From Squalus acanthias (lineage: Eukaryota), in NCBI GenBank assembly GCA_030390025.1, contig CM059427.1, forward strand, positions 186,372,001-186,436,000: a stretch of DNA of 64,000 bases, in the 5' to 3' direction. Positions 25,514-35,949 of the stretch are shown piece after piece. The position numbers were made by a program, and so were the translations under genes. Numbering within the stretch: the first letter of the stretch is position 1; the number at the start of each line of letters is the position of its first letter. Below the pieces are notes generated by a model. The model was not told the origin of the DNA and did not search any database. It worked only from the letters and a program-made list of their open reading frames with translations.

Positions 25514-26447
25514 TGAAGGGATAATTACTAGTCTTAGCCCTTTTCGGGCTACCCCGGATCAGGCGTATTCCCCAGACGTTCACCTTCAACTAAAGTTAGA
25601 GATAACCGAATCCTATAAGACACTTAATTGGGTCTAAAGGTTCAGACTATCTCTCCCTGAAGGAAAGGAATGACTTGAAGATGTTACCATCCTCCAGATA
25701 GCACTTTCAATAAGTTTAACTAGACTGTAACCTTCCGGATATTATGAGGGTCCAGAAAACTCCCCCAGAATTCTGCAACTCCTCACCAAAGAGTGTACAG
25801 AGATTGAGTTCTCGAGTTTGATACAGAAGTATTATGTGAGATAATTCTAAAAATATATAGATTTATTAAAGAACCGACATGTAGTTAACAGTTGGTGATT
25901 CAATCGCAACATTAACAGTTCAAAATACAAATAGCTTACATTTCTTATTCTCCGTGATCCTTATTCTCAAATCTTAACTTTGTTTCATTTTTACATTTCT
26001 ACTTATTCTTAATCCAGGATATCCACCAACATCAAATACAAGTACCTTTGATCACCCGAGACTCAAAGAGTTGTAAACTTACAGAGCTTGCCTCTGAAGT
26101 TGAGAATCGCTTGCCCCTTCCAGCGAATTCTGTTTTCCCATTTGAAAATCCTATCTTTATACCCTTTTTTCAGTGGTATATCCTTTGAAGTTTTCTGCTG
26201 ATGTAAGCTAATTATCTCTAGTCATATTTCCATTGACTTCTTTCTATTCTTACTGTCAATTCAGCTGTTAGCTTGCAGACTTGTGTCTGCTGTGTAGGAG
26301 TTCAAAACTTATCATAAAAAACGGTTATAACTGAGGTATCTATTTGATGCCATTCTTACGAAGGTCTTCTATTCAATTCTTAAACCTCAGCTGGTTATAA
26401 GCTGACGTCGTGTCTCCTAACTGTTCCAAGTTCAATACAAACACAAT
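25514..26447 (-). repeat. ERV 5' LTR (U3 boundary uncertain; may continue to ~27870 beyond a Harbinger insertion)
   Basis: Ends in CA next to the PBS; homologous to 63107-64000; TATAAA at 26161-26156, GTAAGT donor at 26082, AATAAA at ~25867-25862. Confidence 0.88.
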
Positions 26448-27291
26448 GGGCTGGATTTTTAATGACCCGTGGAGTCGGGTTTGGAAGCGTGTGGGGGGTT
26501 AAAGTTGCAGATTCGGGGGTCCCGACCCCATCCTGCCTCCAACCCGCCTCCATGCCAGTTTCGCTGGCGGCGGGTACCCGACCTGTGCTGACACCCGACT
26601 CCCCGAGGCGGGAAGGGATTAGTGACAATTAACTGCCTGTTAACAGGTAGTTAACAGGCAGTTTTTTGGATAATCCCTATTTTGACAGGTGAAATGTGGG
26701 CTTCCCGACAGGTGGCAACCACGCCAAGTTATCGGGGCAGACCGTGGGTCTGCCGGGGTTGGAGGGGTCGATATGTCCGGTGGGCAGGTGAGTGATGGGC
26801 GCATGTGTGCAGAGGTAAGTGTGTAAGGTAAGTGCTAATTGTGGGAAAAAGTTTTACTTACCTTAAATTCCTCCTGCAGGTGTCAGCCCTTCAGTTCTCG
26901 GGAGTCAGAAATCTCACCGGCACAGAAAGCAGAAAAGCCGTGGTCCTGTCAAAAACTGCAGCCTTCTGTTTTCTGTGGTGGAATGATTTCTAACTCAGCT
27001 TGAGAGGAAGGACTGAAGTTAGAAATCATATTGTCAGTGTTTGACAGCTTCACAGAGCTGTCAAACGCTGATATTTCATCTGTCAAAAGCTCTTGACAGA
27101 TGAAATGTCAATCTGTGACATCACCTGTTGCCGGGTGGCCCTTAATTGACCTGCTGAGCCCACTGGGCGGGCTCAACAAGGTCAATCAAGGGAAAATACA
27201 GTGGGTTGGCCACATCTCGATGGAGGCGGGTTTACAAGCCAGAATGTATGATTCACGACACCAACCCGACCCCAGTTTCAAAATTCAGCCC
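26448..27291. mobile_element. Non-autonomous PIF/Harbinger-type element
   Basis: TIRs GGGCTGGATTTT / AAAATTCAGCCC, 3-bp AAT duplication on both sides; internal motifs shared with 54553-55347. Confidence 0.8.
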
Positions 27292-29144
27292 AATGTGATT
27301 GCTTGGTGCATCTATTGATGTCATATTTATGAAAGTCTTCTGTTTGTATCTTTTACAACATGCAAATTAAAAACACTTCAACCGGGTATCTCTTTGTCCC
27401 CTTAGCTACTTCAATTGGTTGTACCAAGAATTATGTCTCCTGTTTCATTTGATATTATATTTATGAAGGCATATGGTTCTTTAATGTTCTGTGTTTCTGT
27501 TCGAAGTGTTAGTTTATAACACTTTAAACTGGGTACAGCTATTGTGTTCTTGCCAAACTGCAGACTTCTTGGAAGCTCCAACCCTGCTGCTTCAACAGGG
27601 TCATTGTTTCAATGTCAACAACCAATTCCCATTTCAAAAGCTTGTATGGTGTTTACAGCTTTGTGTTAATGACTCATTTTATCTCAGAAGCCTGTATTTA
27701 CAGCTTTAGCTTGTTAAGGCTTCCAGATTTTTAAACCCAGTTTGTCATGTTTTAATAATCAAAATTCTTTCATAAGGTGGTGTATTTTTCTGAAATATGG
27801 CTATTCCTTTACACTCTGGCTTTATGGTAATGGTAGAGTGAGGGATATGTGTTTATGATGTTGTTAAGACACAAGGTCCAGGGGGGAATCTTCCTTCCGC
27901 TTCAACTTGAGGGCAGGGCCAGGACTCGCTGTGAGGCCATTCCCCACCCCCCCCCGCCCAACACCCCGGCCCCACCATGTTGGTTTGGTCGGTCCTGCTC
28001 AAACTTACTGGTCTTACGCATGAAAGTGGGCACGTACAACAACTATCGAAGGGCTGCCCAGTGTCGCTGGAACAGAAAACCCGGCAGGGGTCGCAGGAGA
28101 GAATGGGGGAACAGCAGAATAAACGTCCTCCTGCTCCCAAACACAGTAGAAACTTCACGTCAAAGGCAGCCCAGCTTTGAGCAGAAATATTGTCACAGTG
28201 TCAGGACAGAAAGGGTTGACAGTTTGCTTATAGCGCAAGACAAAGTGATGTTTTCTCACTAGTTCCCCACTCCTGGTTTTACTCTGTCAAAACCCCTCAT
28301 GATGTTGAACACCTCTGTTAAATCTCCCCTTAACTGGCCTAACTGCTCCATGCCGGTGTTTATGCTCCACACAATCCTTCTCCCTACCCCTCTACATCTC
28401 ACCCTATCAGCATAACCTTCTATTCCTTTCTCCACATGTGTTTATCTAGCTTCCCCTTAAATGTATCTATGCTATTCGCCTTAATCACTCCATGTGGTAG
28501 TGAGTTTCACACTTTCATCACTCTCTGGGTAAAGAAACTTTACCTGAATTTCCTATTGGATTTATTAGTGACTGTCTTATATTTATGGCCTCTGATCTGG
28601 CCTCTGCCACAAGTGGAAACATCTTCTCTACATCTACTCTATCAAACCCCGTCATAATCTTAAAAGACCTCTATCAGGTCACCCCTCAGCCTTCTCTTTT
28701 CTAGAGAAAAGAACCCCAGCCTGTTCAGTCTTTCCTGATTGTTTTACCTCTCAGTTCTATTATCATTCTCGTAAATCTAAATCAGAGAGAGAAAAATAGA
28801 ACACATGAATCTGCAGTTATTTATTCACATCCTCGGGACATCCCAACATGCTTCCCAGCCAATGAATTGTTTATCGAGGTGTAGTCATGGTGAGTTTTTT
28901 TCGAATCACAAGGTGACCTGGTACAATCCAGCAGCTAGCGTGCAGAGTGAGGGACCTCTGGGTCTCATTAGCATTCACCTCGATACTGGGCCGTGAAAGG
29001 CACACTCCAGATCATAGGGGAGACATGGACCGCTTATGGGAGTAGCATCTGCTGCTGAACCTGAGGGAAACAGTCACTGTCTTAAGGAGTGAAGATTGAA
29101 GTAAAGAGTTTGAAAAAAAAACTAAGTTAAACCTTTGCACTTAC

Positions 29145-29241
29145 CTTTGCACGTACTTGAAGGTTATGAATCCAACCATTTCAAAAATCAAAATGATGCC
29201 AACTGCAAGCAGTCCGACTTTCCTTTCATTGGAGTCTCCAC
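29145..29241 (-). pseudogene. Siglec-like gene B, transmembrane exon
   Basis: ttttacag|GTGGAGAC...CAAAG|gtaagt; GGDSNERKVGLLAVGIILIFEMVGFITFKYVQR; homologue of 11671-11767. Confidence 0.85.
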
Positions 29242-30366
29242 CTGTAAAAACAGCCATTAATTACTGCAATACAGTTTGAGAACTGAGCTCCGATGTACCT
29301 CGAGAAGCGACACACTCGCTCAATTTTTGACAATTCATTCTCAGGTTGTGGATGTCGCTGGCAAGGCCGGCATTTATTGCCCATCGCTAGTTGCTCCTTG
29401 AGGAGGTGGTGGTGGGCCTTCTTCTTAAACTGCTCGTAGCGGGTTTGATGCAAACTGAGCGTCCTCTTCAGAGGGCAGTTAAGAGTCAACCACGTTGGTG
29501 TGTGACAGGAGTCACATATAGGCCCAGACCGAGTAAGGATGGCAGGTTTCCTTCACTAAGGGATATTAGTGAACCACCTTATATATGTAACATTTACATA
29601 TATAACATCTATATGTGTAACTTCTAAAGATGTAATATTAGTCGACCTCCAGTCGACCTCCAGTTTCTCCCTATCTAATCCAACATAACCACTCATTATT
29701 TTGAATACCTTGATTCAATCTCCCCTTAACCTTCTCTGCTCTAAGGAGAACAATCCGGGATTCTCCAGTCTCTCCACATCACTGAAGTCTCTCATTCCTG
29801 GGACCATTCTGCAATGTTTGGGGAGCTCTGACTGATCAACAATCAGCTGGCTTGTATCAGACAACAATAACTTGCATTTTTATAGAGCCTGTAATGTAGT
29901 AAAACATTCCAAGGTGCTTCACAGGAGCGTAAATCAGACCAAACTTTTACAGCGAGCCACATAGGACCATAGGAAGGAGTATAGGATCAGGAGGAGGTCA
30001 TTCGAGCCTGTTCTGCCATTCAGTGGCTCATCTGTGGCCTAACACCTTATACCCATCTTTGCCCCATATCCCTGAATACCTTTGGTTAACAAAATTCTAT
30101 CAATCTCAGATTTAAAATTAACAATTGAATGAGCATCAATTGCCGCTTGCAGAAGAGAGTTTCCTAACTTCACTCCTGAAAGGCCTGGCTCTAATTTTTA
30201 GGCTATGTCTCCTAGTCTGAGATTCCCCAACCAACAGAAATAGTTTCTCTCGATCTACCCTATCAGTTCCCCTTAATATCTTGAAAACTTGGACCAAATC
30301 ACCCCTTAAACTTCTAAATTACAGGGAATATAACGTTAGTTTGTGCAATCTCTCCTAGTAATTTAA

Positions 30367-33260
30367 GAACATAAGAACATAAGAAATAGGAGCAGGAATA
30401 GGCCACTTGGCCCCTCGAGCCTGCTCCGCCATTCAATAAGATCATGGCTGATATTGGGCTCAAAGTTACTTCCCAGCCCGCTCCCCATAACCCTTCACTC
30501 ACTTATCTTTAAAAAATCTGTCTATCTCCACTTTAAATGTATTTAATGACCCAGCCTCCACGGCTTTCTGGGGCAGAGAATTCCACAGATTTATGACCCT
30601 CTGAGAGAAGAAATTCCTTCTCATCTCAGTTCTAAAAGGGCGACCCTTTATTCTGAAACTATGCCCCCGAGTTCTAGATTTCCCCACGAGGGGAAACATC
30701 CTCTCTGCATCTACCTTGTCGAGCCCCCTCAGTATCTTATATGTTTCAATAAGATCACCTCTCATTCTTCTAAATTCCAATGAGTATAGGCTCAACCTGT
30801 TCAACCTTTCCTCATAAGTCAAACCCCTCATCTCAGGAATCAACTGAGTGAATCATCTCTGAACTGCCTCCAATGCAAGTATATCCTTCCTTAAATAAGG
30901 AGACTAAAACTGTATGCAGTACTCAAGGTGTGGTCTCACCAATACCCCGTACAGTTGTAGCAGGACTTCCCTGCTTTTATACTCCAACTCCCTTGCAATA
31001 AAGGCCAACATTCCATTCGCCTTTTTGCTTACTTGCTGTACCTGCATGCTAACTTTTTTGTTTCATGCACAAGGACCCCCAGGTCCCTCTGAACTGTAGC
31101 ATTTTGTAATCTCTCTCCATTTAAATAATAATTTGCTTTTTTATTTTTCCTGCCAAAGTGGATAACCTCGCACTTTCCCACATTAAAGTCCATCTGCCAA
31201 ATGTTTGCCCACTCACTGAGCCTGTCTATATCCCTTTGTAGATCTTTGAGTCCTCTGCACAACATGCTTTCCCACCCATCTTTGTATCATCCACAATCTT
31301 GGCTACATTACACTCGGTCCCTTCATCCAAGTCATTAATGTAGATTGTAAATAGTTAAGGCCCCTGTGGCACCCCAGTAGTGACCGTTTGCCAACCGGAA
31401 AATGACCCATTTATCCCGACTCTCTGCTTTCTGTTAGTTAGCCAATCCTCTATCCATGATAATATATTACCCCCAATTCCGTGAGCTCTTATCTTATGCA
31501 GTAACCTTTTATGTGGCACCTTAATGAATGCCTTCTGGAAATCCAAATACACCACATCCACTGGCTTACCTTTATCCACCCTGCTCGATACATCCTTAAA
31601 GAACTCCCGCAAATTTGTTAAACATGATTTCCCTTTCATAAAACCATGCTGACTCTGCTTGACTGCATTATGATTTTCCAAATGCCCTGCTACTGCTTCC
31701 TTAATGAAGGACTCCAGCATTTTCCCAACGACAGATGTTAGGCTAACTGGTCTATAGTTTTCTGCTTTCTGTCTCCCTCCTTTCTTAAATAGGAATGTTA
31801 CATTTGCGGTTTTCCAATCCGCTGGGACCTCTCCAGAGTCCAGGGAATTTTCGTATATTGCAACCAATGCATCCACTATCTCTGCAGCCACTTCTTTTAA
31901 GACCCTGGGATGCAAGTCATCTGGTCCAGGGAACTTGTCGTCTTTTAGTCCCATTATTTTACCAAGTACTTTTTCCTTAGTGATAGTGATTGTCTTTAGT
32001 TCCCCCCTCCCTGTGGCCCCTTGATTATCCATTATTGAGATGTTGTTAGTGTCTTCTACCATGAAGACAGATACAAAATATTTGTTCAGAGTCTGCAAAG
32101 AACTGTATCTATCCCCCTAACTATACCGTTCCCTACCCCTACCACTTTTCTTTTTACTCCCCCCACTTGAATGGGTCCCTGTACCATGGTGCTGTGGTCA
32201 GATTGCTCATCCTCCCTGCAGTCCCTGCCCTCGTCCACACAGGGAGCAAGAATCTCGTACCTGTTGGACAAGGCCAAGGGCTGAGGCTCCTCCATCACTA
32301 CCTCCTGGATCCCAATACCTGCCTCGCTTGTAGTCACACCCTCCTGTCTCTGACCATGGGCCAAATTGGAAGTAATTACTCTAGTGGGTGTGACTGCCTC
32401 CTGGAACTTAGTGTCCGAAGCTCGGACTCCAGCTCATCAACTTTGAGCTGAAGTTCCTCGAGCAGCCAACATTTGCTGCAGATGTGGTCGCCATGGACCT
32501 CAATGGTGTCCACCAGCTCCCACATGCAACAACAACAGCACATTGCCTGGTCTCCCATCTCAATTAATTAATGAATTAGTTTTTAAATTTGGAACACGTA
32601 TATCTTTTAATCTACACCAAGGCACTTAAATTTAGACGCCCAAGTTTGGAAAAAAGCGAGAAATAGAGAAATACGCACCAACAATCACTTACCTGCTTTC
32701 TGGTGACGTCACACTTCGATTACTTTTTACTTCTTTACACTCACCGGTCCGTTATAGCCGCTCCCGGGGGATCCTGCTCACCTTTAAATCAGCCTCTCCC
32801 GGGGGATCCTGCTCACCTTTAAATCAGCCTCTCCCGGGGGATCCTGCTCACCTTTAAATCAGCCTCTCCCGGGGGATCCTGCTCACCTTTAAATCAGCCT
32901 CTCCCGGGGGATCCTGCTCACCTTTAAATCAGCCTCTCCCGGGGGATCCTGCTCACCTTTAAATCAGCCTCTCCCGGGGGATCCTGCTCACCTTTAAATC
33001 AGCCTCTCCCGGGGGATCCTGCTCACCTTTAAATCAGCCGCTCCCGGGGGATCCTGCTCACCTTTAAATCAGCCGCTCCCGGGGGATCCTGCTCACCTTT
33101 AAATCAGCCTCTCCCGGGGGATCCCGCTCACCTTTAAATCAGCCTCTCCCGGGGGATCCCGCTCACCTTTAAAATAGCCGCCGAGGTCTCGCGCTCTCCA
33201 GACTCTCCCGGGGGATCCCACTCACCTTGAAATCAGCCGCCGATGTCTCGCGCTCTCCAG
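30367..33260 (-). mobile_element. CR1 LINE with 5' UTR and ORF1 remnant fused by internal deletion to ORF2 RT
   Basis: ORF1-like pieces 32086..32558 (HICSKC, LSNRYEIL), RT pieces 30499..32098, (CATAAGAA)n tail. Confidence 0.88.
32761..33240. repeat. 35-bp minisatellite (~12-13 copies) at the CR1 5' end
   Basis: ctcccgggggatcctgctcacctttaaatcagcct repeated head-to-tail with no spacers. Confidence 0.95.
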
Positions 33261-33766
33261 CCACTCCCACTCCTACTTAACCCCTGGAGTCCAGTTATCA
33301 CTCTGGTAAATCTACACTGCACTCCCTCCAAGGCCAATAAGGTGTGGTGCCCAGAACTGAACACAGTACTCCAATACAACCCGAGTTTGTGCAATTTATT
33401 TTCATTTTCAATTGACCCCCAGCCTCAACATCCTTTTGGGGGAGTAAGTTCCAGATTTCCACCACCCTTTGTGTGAAGAAGTGCTTCCTGACATCACCCC
33501 TGAACAGCCTAGCTCTCATTTTAAGGTTATGCCCCCTCCCCCACCAGAGGAAATAGTTTCTCTCTATCTACCCTATCAAATTTTAAGGAAGTGCCCTTAT
33601 CACATATCACATTAGGACAGGTGACCAAAACCTTGGTCATGGAGGTAGGTTTTAAGGGTCGTCTTAAAGGAGGTAGAGAGAGAGAGGTAGAGAGGTTGAG
33701 GAGGGAATTCCAGAGCTTGGGGAACTAAGTGGCTGAACGGAGAGTGATCCTGAGAGGTGCTCTCAA

Positions 33767-34061
33767 CTTTGACCCACAGGTACACCTTGAACATGGCTTC
33801 TCCATGCTGGTTTCTAACCGAGCAGAAGACTGTCACTTCCTTCTCACCCTGGCGTCCAAGCAGGGTCAGGGAGCCAGTCACCAGCTGCCCAGCGCTGATC
33901 TGCCATGCCACGAAACAGCCGCTCGATTGGTTTCCGCTGATGTTGGCGAGGGGGAGGTGCCAGGTGAGGTCTCCGGGCTGGTTGGATCTGGCCGCGCAGA
34001 CGCAGGTGACGCCCTTGGCCCTCCTGAGTGCACTCTGACTCGGGGGAAATCTCCGGCTTAT
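33767..34061 (-). pseudogene. Gene B, MAG-D5-like exon with a +1 frameshift and destroyed donor
   Basis: 295 nt versus 294 in gene A (ctcAggagggcc); donor AAAG|ttgaga versus AAAG|gtgaga. Confidence 0.88.
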
Positions 34062-34653
34062 CTGAGGGAGTAAGAACAACAAATTTGGTGACGTCATAGC
34101 ACCGTTAGACTGTAAGATAGAACCTAACTCTGAAACCCTCATCCATGCCTTTGTTACCTCTAGACTTGATTATTCCAAAGCACTCCTGGCTGGCCTCCCA
34201 TCTTCCATCCTACGTAAACTTGAGGTCATTTAAAATTCCGCCACCCGTGTCCTCACTCGCAACAAGTCATGTTCACCCATCACCCCCTGTTGCTCTCTGA
34301 CCTACATTTGCTCACGGTCCAGAAATGCCTCGATTTTAAAATTCTCATCCTTGTTTTCAAATCCCTCCATGGCCTCGCCCCTCCCTATCTCTGTAACCTC
34401 CTCCAGCCCTACAATGCTCCGTAATCTCTGAACTTCTCCAATTTTGGCCTTCTGAGTGTTCCCGATTTTAATTGCTCACTGGTGGGAGGTTGTAATTACA
34501 GCGTGACGTTTACATAGCCAGTCAGCATTAGAAATGTGGTCACTGGACATAACGGGAACACTGGACACCGGAAATGTGATGACAGGAAGTAAGCTCTTCG
34601 CAGACAGGAAGTGCCTGAGTTTTAATAAGAGACCGATAGAATAAACTACTTAC

Positions 34654-34929
34654 ATTCCACACTCAGGTGTACAATGGTGGATGTGCCAATACCCAGTGGG
34701 TTCCTCGCTGTACAGTAGAAACTGCCATCATTCTCCCGTGTTATGTGACTGAAGTAGATGGACCGAGCACTTGTGTTTAATTGGACGATCGTGTTTCCGT
34801 CGATCCTGAACCAGGCGTAACTAGATGCAGGGGGGACGCTTTCACTGGAGCAGGTTAACGTGATGTTGCTTCCCTCTTTTATTCCGCCCATGGCTCCGCT
34901 GATGGCCACTGTCGTCTCCTTGGGTGGAT
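34654..34929 (-). pseudogene. Gene B, C2-set exon (homologue of 9062-9337), open
   Basis: 276 nt, AG/GT intact, about 11 amino-acid differences from gene A. Confidence 0.88.
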
Positions 34930-35589
34930 CTGGAACAAGACCAGAGGAGAGTCAGCAGGAAATTCTGACACTCTCCGACCAGCCCTCCCATTTTCCACCC
35001 TCCATAAACTTCAGCTCATCCGAAAACTCTGCTGCCCCTTCCTAAATCTTATTCACCCAGCACCCCCTGTTGCCCCCAACCTACATTGGCTCCCAGTCTG
35101 GCAACGCCTCGAATTTAAAATTCTCATCCTCGTGTTCAAATCCCTCGTGGCCCTCACCCCTCCCTAACTCTGTAACCTCCTTCAGCCTTACAACCCTCCC
35201 AGATATCTGCCTTGATCCAATTCTGGCCTCTTGCACATCCCCAATTCCCTTCGCTCCACCACTGGCAGCTGTGCCTTCGGCCGCCGAGGCTCTAAGCTCT
35301 GGAATTGCCACCATAAACCTCTCCGCCTCTCTCTCCTCCTTTAAAACTCTCAGACAAAATTCTGACACTGAGCCACATAAGGATATATTAGAACAGGTGA
35401 CCAAATGCTTGGTCAAAGAAGAGGGTTTTAAGGAGCGTTTTAAAGGAGTAGAGAGAGGTGGAGAGGCGGAGAGTGTATGTGTGTTTTTAAGCGTGGTCGA
35501 GTGCATCTCATAGACTTCGTAAATTCCAGTCTCCCGTAGACATTCATTTGTTTCTATTTAGAGAGATGTGAAAGTATCTGTACACTCAC

Positions 35590-35871
35590 GTTCCACAGTG
35601 ATGGTTATGGCGCTCTCCACTGCTCCATGTTCATTCTCAGCCACACACTGATAGTCTCCAGCGACCCTGGATGTAACATGAGGAAACTCCAACTGCAGCT
35701 TGTTGCTGGAACTTGTTCTGTTCATTGTGACACCAAGATGTTGCCACGTCAGGTTAGAAGCTGGGAAGCTCTCAACAGAGCAGAGTATCACTACAGATTT
35801 CCCTTCTTTTATATTGGTCGACGAATCCTTAATCGTATCACGAGAAGTAATTGAGAGATTCCATGGTGCGT
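35590..35871 (-). pseudogene. Gene B, C2-set exon (single copy of the domain amplified in gene A), open
   Basis: 282 nt; (Y)APWNLSITSRDTIKD...VAENEHGAVESAITITVE. Confidence 0.88.
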
Positions 35872-35949
35872 CTAAAAACAAATAAAGATCACTTAACTTA
35901 CATTGACTGTGAAGCACTTTGACAGATTCTTTTTGCCTCCAATACTTGT

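Larger units (their letters stand above)
19040..26447 (-). mobile_element. Endogenous foamy-like retrovirus (Spumaretrovirinae-like), 3'-truncated within integrase
   Basis: LTR, Lys-type PBS, foamy-like Gag N-terminus, DTGAD protease, YVDD RT, foamy-type RNase H and IN N-terminal extension, all in the correct order on the minus strand. Confidence 0.92.

Noticed and set aside
32761-33240. 35-bp repeats as a CRISPR array
   Set aside because: Units are contiguous with no unique spacers, there are no cas genes, and the context is eukaryotic.
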